A stretch of 64,000 nt of DNA from the human T2T-CHM13v2.0 reference genome, Homo sapiens. Every line of letters starts with the position of its first letter. The first letter of the stretch is position 1. The position numbers and the translations under genes are program-made. Below the pieces are notes generated by a model. That model did not search any database. It was not told where the DNA came from and worked only from the letters and a program-made list of their open reading frames with translations. This document shows, one piece after another, positions 37,758 to 54,620 of the stretch. The stretch is from NCBI RefSeq assembly GCF_009914755.1, contig NC_060928.1; one strand, 5' to 3'.

Positions 37758-38536
37758 CAAGAGACAGGACTAGCTGGATTTCCTACGCCGACTAAGAATC
37801 CCTAAGCCTAGCTGGGAAGGTGACCACATCCACCTTTAAACAGTGGGCTTGCAACTTAGCTCACACCCAACCAATCAGAGAGCTCACAAAAATGCTAATT
37901 AGGCAAAAACAGGAGGTAAAGAAATAGCAAATCATCTATTGCCTGAGAGCACAGTGGGAGGGATAAGTATCGGGATATAAACCCAGGCATTTGAGACAGC
38001 AACAGCAACCCCCTTTGGGTCCCTTCCCTTTGTATGGAAGCTCTGTTTTCACTCTATTAAATCTTGCAATTGCACTCTTCTGGTCCATGTTTGTTATGGC
38101 TGGAGCTGAGCTTTCACTTGCGTCCACCACTGCTGTTTGCCACCATCACAGACCCGCCGCAGACTTCCATCCCTGCGGATCCGGCAGGGTGTCCTCTGTG
38201 CTTCTGATCCAGCAAGGCACCCACTGCCACTCCCGATTGGGCTAAAGGCTCACCATTGTTCCTGCACAGCTAAGTGCCTGGGTTCGTCCTAATCGAGCTG
38301 AACACTAGTCACTGGGTTCCACAGTTCTCTTCCATGACCCATGACTTCTAATAGAGCTATAACACTCAAGATTCTATTCCTTGGAATCCGTGAGGCCAAG
38401 AACCCCAGGTCAGGGAACACGAGGCTTACCACCATCTTGGAAGTGGCCTGCCGCCATTTTGGAAGTGGCCCACCACCATCTTGGAAGTGGCCCACCACCA
38501 TCTTGGGAGCTCTGGGAGCAAGGCCCCCCAGTAACA
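37758..38536 (+). mobile_element. LTR17 (HERV-W) full-length solo LTR
   Basis: GAGACAGGACTAGCTGGATTTCCTA...CCCCAGTAACA; CCAAT 37871, TATAAA 37976, ATTAAA 38056; TSD TTAC/CTAC. Confidence 0.93.
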
Positions 38537-39172
38537 CTACCTGCAGCCTATGCCTCTCTATCAGTAACAGCTAAGAGCAAGTCAATGAGTTTTGTGTGTA
38601 AGTTCTAGATAAGGCCACCCCTCTCCAGTCTTATTTCCTCAAGGCAGGAGTCATTAAAAACAAACAAAACAAAACAAAACAAAAAAAAACCCCTCAGAAT
38701 CCTATAACTATTTAGATAATGCAAAGTTTCTCCAGCCTCCATGTTACCTTTGAGAATAACTTTGAATGGAGAATACCAAACTCTGAGCATTCCTGGAAAG
38801 ACCCCACAACTTCCTCCACAAATCACAGGCTCAAGCTAAAATCTGCCCTGATATAATTATTTAATCCTATTACCTCTCTTGGATCCACTGAGAACCTTTC
38901 TCACTCTTTATCCATTGAAATGATCCTTGTAAACATCCAGGATGTTGATGTTGCTGTGTTACTAAATCCAAAGTTCTATTCTCAGGCCTCCTGCTGACCT
39001 CTGAGCGCCATTAGAAATAGTTGACACCTCCCTTTTCCTTGATAGGCTCTCTTCACTTGGTGTTCAGGAGGTCACACTCTTCTGGTTTGTATCCTACCTC
39101 CCTGATTATTGTTTTCCAGTCTCTTGTGCTGGATCTTCTCCTTTACCTTGACCTCCTGGTGTTGTCATGCCT

Positions 39173-39455
39173 CGACTGTAATTTTCCATTACCTACCCAA
39201 ATCCTATAAAACGGCCCCACCCCATCTCCCTTCACTGAATCTCTTTTCAGACTCAGCCCACCTGCACCCAGGTGATTAAAAAGTTTTAGTGCTCACAGGA
39301 GAAGGGCAGGAACCCAGGAGACAGAGCTTGCAGTGAGCTGAGATGGCACCACTGCACTCCAGCCTGGGTGACAGAGCAAGACTCCATCTCAAAAAAAAAC
39401 TTTAGTGCTCACAAAAAGCCTATTTGGTGGTCTCTTCACACTGACACACATGAAA
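39173..39455 (+). mobile_element. LTR7 (HERV-H; B/C-like) 3' half, 5'-truncated
   Basis: CCAAATCCTATAAAACGGCCCCACCCC...CTGCACCCAGGTGATTAAAA...TTTGGTGGTCTCTTCACAC...CATGAAA. Confidence 0.88.
39298..39399 (+). mobile_element. 5'-truncated AluY-like fragment inside LTR7
   Basis: GAGCTTGCAGTGAGC...GACTCCATCTC(A)9; TSD TTTAGTGCTCACA (39285-39297 / 39401-39413). Confidence 0.85.
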
Positions 39456-40904
39456 CATTTACTAAGTGAATATATCCAAACTAATATCATTATTTTAATT
39501 ATATTAATTTAGCCGCCACAGAGCACAGGGCTCTGAGATCATCCATTTTCCTTTCCATAAATTACTATGGGAAAGGAAGCCACCACATCACACCTCCAAT
39601 GTTCAATGCCCCTTTCCTGTTTAGATTTTTCTCCAGAGCATTTTTACCTCTGATCTTCTCTACATTTCACTGATGTATTTGTCTGTTTGTACATCTATCA
39701 GTGCAGTGATTTTCCTGTCTTGTTTTAAGCTGTATCTTAAGTACCTATAAAAATGCCTAGCATATCAGATAAAGCTCCATATATTTTGTTGAATGAATCA
39801 ATTAATGAATCAACAAATTAATGAATGAGTTGTTCATTTAATCATCCAGGGTCTCCCTCTACAGTTAATGGTGAAGGTAGATAAGAGTGATTTTTTTCTC
39901 CACAGTAAATTTAAGATATTGGGAGCGTGAGCGATGCAGAACATGGGTGATTTCTGCATTTCCAACTGAGGTACCGGGTTCATCTCACTGGGGAGTGCCA
40001 GACAGCGGGTGCAGGACAGTGGGTGCAGCACACTGTGCGTGAGCCGAAGCAGGGCGAGGAATCACCTCACCTGGGAAGGGCAAGGGGTCAGGGAATTCCC
40101 TTTCCTAGTCAAAGAAAGGGGAGACTGACAGATGCCACCTGGAAAATCGGGTCACTCCCACCCTGATACTGTGCTTTTCCAACGGGCTTAACAAACGGCA
40201 CACCAGGAGATTATATCTCACACCTGGCTTAGAGGGTCCTACAACCATGGAGCCTCACTCATTGCTAGCACAGCAGTCTGAGATCAAACTGCAAGGTGGC
40301 AGCCAGGCTGGGGGAGGGGCACCCACAACTGCCCAGGCTTGAGTAGGTAAACAAAGTGGCCAGGAAGCTCAAACTCGGTGAAGCCCAACACAGATCAAAG
40401 AGGCCTGCCTGCCTCTGTAGGCCCCAACTCTGGGGGCAGGGCACAGACAAACAAAAGACAGCAATAACCTCTGCAGACTTAAATGTCCCTGTCTGACAGC
40501 TTTGAAGAGAGTAGTGGTTCTCCCAGCACGCAGCTGGAGATCTGAGAACGGGCAGACTGCCTCCTCAAGTGGGTCCCTGACCCCCGAGCAGCCTAACTGG
40601 GAGGCACCCCCCAGTAGGGGCGGACTGACACCTCACATGGCCGGGTACTCCTCTGAGACAAAACTTCCAGAGGAACGATCAGGCAGCAGCATTTGCGGTT
40701 CAACAATATCCGCTGTTCTGCAGCCACCGCTGCTGATATCCACGCTAACAGGGTCTGGAGTGGACCTCCAGCAAACTCCAACAGACCTGCAGCTGAGGGT
40801 CCTGACTGTTAGAAGGAAAACTAACAAAGAGAAAGGACATCCACACCAAAAACCCATCTGTACATCACCATCATCAAAGACCAAAGGTAGATAAAACCAC
40901 AAAG

Positions 40905-41923
40905 ACGGGGAAAAAAACAGAGCAGAAAAACTGAAAACTCCAAAAATCAGAGCACTTCTCCTCTTCCAAAGGAATGCAGCTCCTCACCAGCAATAGAACA
41001 AAGCTGGATGGAGAATGACTTTGACGAGTTGAGAGAAGAAGGCTTCAGAAGATCAAACTACTCCGAGCTAAAGGAGGAAGTTCAAACCAATGGCAAAGAA
41101 GTTAAAAACTTTGAAAAAAAAATTAGACAAATAGATAACTAGAATAACCAATGCAGAGAAGGCCTTAAAGGACGTGATGGAGCTGAAAACCACGGCACGA
41201 GAACTATGTGATGAATGCACAAGCCTCAGCAACCGATGTGATCAACTGGAAGAAAGGGTATCAGCGATGGAAGACAAAATGAATGAAATGAAGCATGAAG
41301 AGAAGTTTAGAGAAAAAAGAATAAAAAGAAACAAACAAAGTCTCCAAGAAATATGGGACTATGTGAAAAGACCAAATCTATGTCTGATTGGTGTACCTGC
41401 AAGTGATGGCGAGAAAGGAATCAAGTTGGAAAACACTCTGCAGGATGTTATCCAGGAGAACTTCCCCAATCTAGCAAGGCAGGCCAACATTCAGATTCAG
41501 GAAATACAGAGAACGCCACAAAGATACTCCTCAAGAAGAGCAACTCCAAGACACATAATTGTCAGATTCATCAAAGTTGAAATGAAGGAAAAAATGTTAA
41601 GGGCAGCCAGAGAGAAAGGTTGGGTTACCCACAAAGGGAAGCCCATCAGACTAACAGCTGATCTCTCGGCAGAAACTCTACAAGCCAGAAAAGAGTAGGG
41701 GCCAATATTCAACATTCTTAAAGAAAAGAATTTTCAACCCAGAATTTCATAACCAGCCAAACTAAGCTTCATAAGTGAAGGAGAAATAAAATACTTCACG
41801 GAAAAGCAAACGCTGGGTGATTTTGTCACCACCAGGCCTGCCCTAAAAGAGCTCCTGAAGGAAGCACTAAACATGGAGAGGAACAACCGGTACCAGCCAC
41901 TGCAAAAACATGCCAAATTGTAA
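40905..41923 (+). pseudogene. L1 ORF1p, disrupted
   Basis: Start ATG>ACG; ...EIWDYVKRPNL...RATPRHIIVRF...; premature stops (e.g. 41696) and A-run frameshifts. Confidence 0.92.
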
Positions 41924-41986
41924 AGACCATCAAGGCTAGGAAGAAACTGCATCAACTAATGAGCAAAATAACCAGCTAACATCATA

Positions 41987-45810
<3,824 letters not shown>

Positions 45811-48144
45811 ACAATGAGAACACATGGACACAGGAAGGGGAACATCACACACCGGGAATGGTTGTGGGGTTTGGGGAGGGGGATGGTTGTCGGGTTGGGG
45901 GAGGGGGGAGGGATAGCATAGGACATATACCTAATGCTAAATGATGAGTTAATGGGTGTAGCACACCAACATGGCAAATGTATACATATGTAACAAACCT
46001 GCACATTGTGCACATGTACCCTAAAACAAAGCATAATAATAATAAAATAATACAAAAATAAATTAAAAAAAAGATATTGGTCAGGTAGAAGAAAGGTCTT
46101 AGATAAATAAAATAACAAACAGCCCCTACAAAAACCCATGGAAAAGTAAGAGTACATTAGAAAATGTATACAAAGTTTCTAATTCAATATTTTCAAAAAT
46201 AAGAACAGTAGAGCACCAATTCTGCAAGAACCTAATGCTTTTATGTATGTTCATGGAAAAAAGCTATCAAATAATTTTGAGAACCTCCCATTCCCAATGA
46301 AACAACACTAAAAGTCTGTCACTATGGAAAGAGACCTCAGAACACTTGATACACTAACAGAGTTGTAACTCTCATGATGGTGTTAAAACAAGAAACAATT
46401 CTCGAATACATTTTGACATGTAAATATTTATTCTACTTTTTTTTCAGATTGGGAACCGTGCAGTTATCCATTTATTTACATCTTTTTTACCTTTAAATTC
46501 TACATAAAATTGTGATTATGTCAGATTAGGTGTGAAATATATGGCCAATGAAGTAACAAACCAAATTTTGAAGTTAGGAGTTTTGGGATGCTCTATTCTT
46601 CTTATTTTACACATACACATATATATATAAAAGCATACACAGCTATGCACATGTACGTGAAGACCATATTATTATATTGTGAACATATACAAGGAATAAA
46701 AAATGGACTTATTCAGTAATAATTAAAATAGTTAAATTTTAATGGTGATTTTATTTTAAAAAACACATGAAAATTATATTTAGCCATTAAAAAAAGAAAA
46801 TGCACTTTTATTGTGGGATCCAGTAATTTATTTATGGTCATTACACCAGATTCATGTCAGAGCTCTTCACATTTTTATATTTAAATGTTTGCCTCAAAGG
46901 GAGCACCAGAATCTCAATAATGTGAAATAAATTCTAGTTGATTCTGACATGAACACTCTCATAGGAGAATGCTGAGCTTCCTCAGGTAGATCCTAATGCT
47001 AGCTTTATAGTAGAAGACTGATGTTCCTCCCTGGGGATCACAGCACACAGTGAGAGGTGGTACGTAAACTGTGCCTATAATACAATGATGATTCTCAGTG
47101 GGTACCCTGTCTTATTAGGATAAATCACATAAGAGAGAACTCCATGTGATAAAGTCATTCGAGATGGATCATTTAGAATGAAAGGACTAGTGTGATTACT
47201 GGACCATTGACTGAAGTCTCCAACATAGTTCAAATAATTTCTTCGACTAGCCAAGCATGTTTTTAGAGTCAATAGGAATCCATTGGAGAATGGCACTCAG
47301 AAACTAAACAGTGTCGGTTGCTCACTGGCAAAGGCATTATATTCAAACCACTCGCAATACTAGCACATGGTCCCTAACCACCACAAGCCTTTCACCTTGC
47401 CAAAGTCGCGAAGAGTCAATAAAAAATGCAAATGTCAAAAAATAAATTCATACACACACGCATATAAGGAGGAGGGCACTGAGGCATCTGCACAAAATCC
47501 TGCCAAATTGCAGATTATTTATAGAGAGAGTAATTTTAGTTCAGGGATAGTAGATCATCCATGCAATTGCTAAATATATTAAAGAGTGATATTTCTGAAA
47601 ATGTGTACTTTGACGTAAAACCACAGTATGGAATTTTATCTTCTCAGTGAAGTTGCTGCACTGTTTCTAGTACATGAGTCTCCCTGTGGAAGGGTATTGT
47701 GAGGTTGATGTAAAATACTGAATTGGAGGAGATACTCAAGTAAACTCTCAGGTGCTACATCAGAGTAACTTAATGTTGCCATTTTATAGAACCTGCTTCT
47801 CTACTTTATCTCTCCTCCCCCTTTCTCTTAAATGTTACAATATTCCCATATTGCACAACAAAATTTTAAAAGGTAACTCTAATCAGAAACAAAAGGCTGA
47901 AAAAAACTTCAGAGTTTCTCTAATACCCCTGTATACACATCAACCCCCACCAGTTCTTGAATTTCATTCGTGGTACCCATTTATTCATTAGGCAGACACC
48001 TCTAGAGCTTTAACTTCAAGCCTGGCACTGTCATTCCCTTTGTATAGGTGGGTCTGGTGAGGGTTAGAGGGATTAAGTAATTTGCATATGAAACATTGTG
48101 TGATTAGTAATAGATTCAGGACTAAAGACTAAGTTCTTTTACCT

Positions 48145-48466
<322 letters not shown>

Positions 48467-49995
48467 AAGTTCTCTTACCTTTTTGCCGTAAGATGAGAGA
48501 TCATTCCAGGAGCTGTCTAGGAGAAAGGCAAGAAAGATCAAATTTGAGCAAGGAAACTTTATACACACTGCCAAATATCTCCCTCATCACAAGTAGATAT
48601 CAATCAATATGATTTTGCCTTCCCTTCCCACACATTTGAACTTTCAGGATTCTGTCTAGTAATATAATCTTTTCACAAAATTTTCCATGAATCACCCCCT
48701 CCTTTATAAAATCTATAACTCTTGTGAATTTTTATTCGCATTTATCCAAAACTCTCAAGACCCACCTGTCATTATGTCTTGGATTACATGTTTTTCTGTG
48801 CTGGCATTTAAATATTTTGAAGCAAGCACTATGTCATACATGTCATTCTATCTATTATGATGGCTTCCTTGGGCTAAACAATAAACACTTTTTAATGAAT
48901 GAAGGAAGGAAGGAAGGAATAAGGCATGGACTTAGCTTCTGTGTCTAAACCATCCATCGTATCATTCACTCAAACATCTTTTCATGTCCTTCAGCCAGAC
49001 AGCCAACTGTTCTTCCATCTTTCTAGTCATTTATACATATCTACATTCATTCATTCAGTCATTCAAGATTAAATAAGCAACTGTATGCTGGCAGCAGTTC
49101 TGGCAACTGGAGTGCAAAATACAGTTTCCCAACCAGACTCCAGAGTTCTGCCGATCAGATTTATATTTAAAGCTTACCCTCTGACCCCAGAAGTGAAAGG
49201 TGATTCTATGGACAAGTGGACACTGGAGTAAGAGCTCAGAAACACCAACATATCTCCTGAGTTTTAGAATTGCCATTTCACGACATCAAATCCATCTTTT
49301 TCGTTCTGGAAAATAAAATGACATAATGTAAACAACATGCATCTTCCCTACAAATCTTTGCCATTTTATCAATTTGTTGAAACTCAGCTCAATACCAGTT
49401 TAAATGTTTTCTAGTTTTACATCCATTATCTCATCAAATATGTGCCATAGGTAGAGTAAGCTATATGATTTCTCCTAATTGTATAGGATTACTATATTGC
49501 AAAAAAATAAAAGGAAATACAGGTGCAGATCGCATAAATAACTTGCAGAGTTGAAAAACAGAGAACTGAAGGAGAAAATAAAAAAAAGAAGTCTCCTGAA
49601 ACTGACGTATTCCCTGTGTATGTGCCTCATTCACTTCAGTGACAGAACCAGTAATGAAAAGTTAAATAAAATCCTCATAACTAAAGTCTGTTCAGCAAAT
49701 TTCAGATCATGGTTATTTCTCTCTTCTCTTTGGACAAGCAATACCGTTTATTGTTTTCACTGTATGTTTGTCAATTACAAACTGTGATGCCTCTAATATT
49801 ACTGCATTCAACTGTCCTTTAGTACTTCCCTGTTTGCTCACAGTGTATGAACACTTTTTTTCTAACTCAGGAATGTTCATCTTCCATGCTTGTCTTTGCT
49901 TCAAATCTGGAATCAGATAGAACTGGTGTCAAGATTCTGTCATGTAATGATGTATAATTTAGGGCAACTTTATGAGGCAATTCAAACATGGGTGT

Positions 49996-51946
49996 TGTCT
50001 CAGCCTATTCAGGCTGCTGTATCAAAATACCATAAAATGTGTAGCTTATAAACAACAGAAATTTCTTTCTCACAGTTCTGAAGCCTGTGAAGTCAAATTT
50101 CAAAGTACTGGCAGATTTGGTGTCTGGTGAGGGTCGATCTCCTGATTCGTAGACAGGGCATCTTATTGTGTTCTCATATGGTGAAGGGTGTGAGCAGTAT
50201 CCCTGGGACCTCTTTTAAGAGGACACTAGTTCTGTTTTGGGGCTCTCCCCTCATGACTCCATCACCTCCAAAAGGCTCCACCACTTGTAACTATCACATT
50301 GGTCATTTGGTTTCAGCACATGAGTTTTGTGGGGATACAAACATTCAGACCATAGCATTTTTCCTCTGGCTCCCCAAGATCCATGTTCTTCTCACAAACA
50401 AAATACATTCACTCCATCTCAATAACCCCCAAAAGTATTAACTCAGTCCAGCATCAACTTTCAAATAAAAGTCCAAAGTCTCATCTAAAAATTACTTAAA
50501 TCAGATCTGAGCAAAACTCAGGATACTATTCACCCAGAGGCCAATTCTCCTCCAATGGTGAACCTAAGAAATCAAACAAGTATGTACTTCTAAAGCGCAA
50601 TTGTGAGACAGACACAGGACAGAAATTCCCATTCCAAGAGGAAGAAATAGGAAAAACAAAGAAAGAAAGAAACAAAAACATCCTTGCACCTGCTCTGTGC
50701 CTGGGCCCACCCTCACAATAGTTCTCAGTCGTGACCCCACCTCTGTAGCCACTCTGTATCTATGTCATGCACCTTTGGCTTCCCTGGGCTGGAATTACGT
50801 GCCAGTAGCACCCCTATGGGTCCACTGAGTATTATATTAAAGTGAGGTCTCTGCAATAGTCCCATACTCATTGTGAACTTTGCACATTGGGCCTGTGATG
50901 GGAGTGGCAGCCCTGATGATTTCTGAATTGCTTGCAAGGTCATTCTACCACTGTCTTGAAAAACAGGTCCTGGTTGACCAATCTTCTTATCAGATAGTCA
51001 TTTGGCCATACCCTTTGTGTTCTGTCCTGAACATGCTTTCTCTTCCTTTTCAGTATGGATATGCTAAAATTGTTCCAAATTTTTAAATTCTGCTTCTCTT
51101 TTGATTAAGAATTCTGTCTTTGAATCATATCTCTCTTCTTGAATTTTACTATAATTCATTGAGAAAAGCTGAGCTATATCTTCAACATTTTGCTTAGAAA
51201 TTTCCTCAGCCAAATATTCAACTTCATTGCCTACATGTTCTACCTGCTACAAACACGAGGGCATATATACAATTCATCCAAGTTCTTTGCTGCTTTATAA
51301 CAAGAATGGACTTCATGGTCCATATTTCTACCAACATTCTCTTCATGTCCATTTAGGTATTCTTTAAGAAGATTGAGGTTTTCTCTGCAGTTCTCCTCTT
51401 CTCCTTCTGAGCCCTAACCAGAATCACTCTGTAAGGTTCATTCAGAGCAATGTAGATTTTTTTTCTAGCATTCACCTTGAAACTCTTTCAGTATCTACCC
51501 ATTATCCAGTTCCAAGGTTGCTTTCACAGTTTTAGATAATATAACAGCACTGCACTTCTTGGTATCAATTTTCTGTCTTAGTCCATATGAGTTACTATAA
51601 TGAAAAAATGCATAATTTGGGTAGATTGTAAACAACAGAACTCTATTTTTCACAGTTCTGAAGGCTGAGAAGACTATAATCAAAGCTCAGGAGATTTTGT
51701 GCCGGATGAGGGCTCTTTTCCTGGTTCATAGTCAGTGACTTCTCACTGTGTCCTCACATGGTGAAAAGGGCAAGTGGTGTCTCTGGGGCCTCTTTTGTAA
51801 GGGCACAAATTTCATTCATGAGGGCCCATCCTCATGACCTAATCATCTCCCAAAGGTCCCACCTCCTAATGCCTTAATGTTGGTGATTAGATTTAGATGA
51901 CTACTTTTTTGGGGGGTGGTGTGCCATAAATATACAAACTATAGCA
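49996..51946 (-). mobile_element. Complete MLT1A-type MaLR (LTR 49996-50357, internal region, LTR 51574-51946)
   Basis: Two homologous LTRs TGTCT...ATAGCA flanking a MaLR internal region; TSD GGTGT/GTTGT; splits a MIR. Confidence 0.85.
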
Positions 51947-53299
51947 GTTGTCTTCATCCTTAAAAACTAAAGAGGATAATGGTATTCCTCCCATTAGTCA
52001 TTATGAAACCTAATTGAAATACAGAGAGCAAAATTGCTTAACATCATTTGGAATATATAGTCAGTGCTTGAAAAAGGTAGCTGATTGTATTATTACAACT
52101 AATATCTTATTATACCCTTGCATTATCCCAAACACGGTGGGATAATTGTTTGTTTTTTTGTTAGTCTAAGGGACTAGGCAGTATATGAGCAAAGTAGGAA
52201 TCTAATACATATTTGTCTATGAATTTAAGATAATGTCCAGTAAAGAGTGAGAATTGAATTACTTTTATATGACAGGTTGAGAATCAAACAGAGGGACATC
52301 TCCAGAAACAGAATCTACAGCAGAAACTCTCTTAATTTTTTGATGGGTTATAGGAAAAAAGTAAAGAAAACCATTCAGGCTAGCTCAAAAAAGTAGGAAA
52401 GTGTTACCAGAAGCAGCAAATATCAGAGAGAATAAATATGAGTAAGCTGCACAAAAAGTATAGATTATAATTTGAGAGTATCAAAGAATATACCCATTCT
52501 TTCATCTCTCTCCTCTCTGTCTCTCCTATATGTGTAAAAATATAGCATGTTTGAAAAATCACAAAAGGTTTCCAAATTACTCTATGACTCATACTTTTGA
52601 GTAATCTACTTAATAAGTTGAGTTTTTCAGCACGGTGATAGCTTTGTAATAATAACATACCTTTCTGATATTCATCGGAAGAAATAAAATTCCAGTGACT
52701 TTTGAACTTTCTCATCATCTCATACTATTAGTAACCTTGGGAAAATCAACTCTTATAGACTTAACCTTGTTTTTTATTTGTTCTTCATTTTCTATGTCAG
52801 CTTTATAACAACATATGTGAGAAAATGTATACAATTAGAAAGTAAAAATTGAAAAGTGAAACAAATGATAAAATGCCAGCTGTTATAATCAACATTATGC
52901 AGCTCTCATGATGGAACCACTGACAGAAAACTGTTTTCGCAGTTGTGGGTCCTAATTAATTTGAGGAATGGGAATATGAACATGAGTTACTACTAAGTGT
53001 GGAAGTTAGAACAGAAAGTTTATCTGTCTCAAGATAAAAATCTAGGACCCCAAGTCTATGAGGTACTCTGGTATTAATTAACACTGCTGAGTCCATAAAT
53101 ATTTCAAGTTCTCAGTAAATAAAATCTAATCTGGCATCCCATATTTGACTTTCTAATTTTTTAATAAATGCATTTATTGTAACATTACTGTCTCATATTT
53201 TTATAGTTCTTTACAATTTGCAAAATCTTTTCATATATTTATTTGATTCTCATGATACCAAATGGTAGGGCACAAATGATATTATGCAGTCTGTTTCTA

Positions 53300-53620
53300 A
53301 TTTTTTTTTTGCTCTTTTCCTCAGTCTTTCATTCTGGGCACATAGTAAGTAGTATGACATTTCCTTGCCTACTTGAAGTTTGGAGAGGCCCTGTGACTAT
53401 TTGGGGCTGATGAACCAAGAGGGAATTGGCACATGTCACTTTGGGGCCATGTCATGCTTCTCTGCAATATCGTTTTCTTCTGCCAAAGTGACTGGTAAGT
53501 TTCAGGACTGTGGCAGTTTCATCAACCAGGGACCCTGAAAAAGTAAAATGATAAGCTTCCTGCCTATCTCTCCACCTTGTGATGGACATGTAGAATGAGT
53601 AAAAGTGTACTATTAACTGA
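53300..53620 (+). mobile_element. Old MLT1 (H/I-like) LTR fragment
   Basis: CTGGGCACATAG...CATTTCCTTGCC..CTTGAAGTT...CCTGTGACTA...GATGGACATGTAG. Confidence 0.5.
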
Positions 53621-54339
53621 TCAGGACAAAACTCACAATACCAATAAGACAAGGCTCCCATATCCCTTAGATAGTTTCTTCCAACTCATTTTACTGTGAA
53701 TTTATTTTAACAGGTATTTATTGAGCTTCCCTGATATCTAAGCCCCACACTGGCTGCTGGCATTTCAGAAGGGAAACAAACAAGGTATTTGCCTTTTAAC
53801 TCTTGCAGATTCTTGCTGACAGCTCATCACAAGCAAATAATCAAAAGTCAAAGTGATAATTCATAGCCTACGGTGATGTTGAGAAAGCTTCAAGAGTAGC
53901 AAACTAACACTTTCCCATTGCATCCCAGACGGTTTCTCAGAGATAAAATTTGATCTGGGTAAGCTGGCATTTTCTAGGTAGAAAAGGAAGGAAGCTTTCT
54001 AGAAAGAAATAATGGATTCAAGAAAGGACTCAGGTTCCGTGAGCATTTCACTGAGTGTGGTGGCAGAAGTGAAAGATGAGACTAGAAGGATATTATTTAA
54101 ATCAAGTGATGAAGCAGTTTGATTCACCTCTATTTTCAGTCATCCAGAAGGCATTTATAAAATTTCAACAACTGTCTGTCCCCGCTTTTTTCCTTATTAA
54201 TTACCACAACTAACCAACTGTATATTTCACTTCAGAAAAAAAAACAACTCTTGCTTATTATCTGTCTTCCCCCCCAAAAAAGAGTTCCATGAGGAGAATT
54301 TTTGTTGTTTTTCTGACGCTGATTTAATAAAACAAAGAT

Positions 54340-54560
54340 ATAACATTGGCTCAGATTTGGAGCTTCAGAATCAGAGGCCCTGCAATAACATCCCAGCTCT
54401 GCCACATCAGCTGTGTGAGCGAAGGGTCAGTTGTTTCCTCTGTAAATTGGGTATCTGCTATGCCTAACTCAGAATTTCCACATGGATTAAAGATAATGCC
54501 TGGGAAGTGATTGCACACTGTGTAGCACAGAATCAGCACAGAGTAAATGATAGTCACTAT
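54340..54560 (+). mobile_element. MIR
   Basis: ATCCCAGCTCTGCCAC..CAGCTGTGTGA...TTTCCTCTGTAAATTGGG...GGATTAAA. Confidence 0.6.
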
Positions 54561-54597
54561 TTTTGGAGTTGAGCAAATTATTTCTCTTTTTACAGTT

Positions 54598-54620
54598 TCG
54601 TGTGTGTGTGTGTGTGTGTG
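54598..54620. repeat. (TG)n microsatellite
   Basis: Pure TG run. Confidence 0.9.

Larger units (their letters stand above)
38900..39830 (+). mobile_element. L2 fragment hosting the LTR7
   Basis: TCTCTTCACTTGG..TCAGG...CACACTCT; 3' end ATGCCTAGCA...TATTTTGTTGAATGAAT. Confidence 0.6.

Noticed and set aside
37758-38536. Syncytin-1/ERVW-1 locus
   Set aside because: Solo LTR with TSD; no PBS, internal sequence or env follows
39163-39173. TGTCATGCCTC as the true LTR7 5' terminus
   Set aside because: It matches the host L2 continuation equally well and no TSD pairs with the 3' end; left unresolved
40120-40335. Intact antisense L1 ORF0
   Set aside because: The CAT of consensus CCCGCCATTG reads CCCACAACTG here, so the start codon is lost
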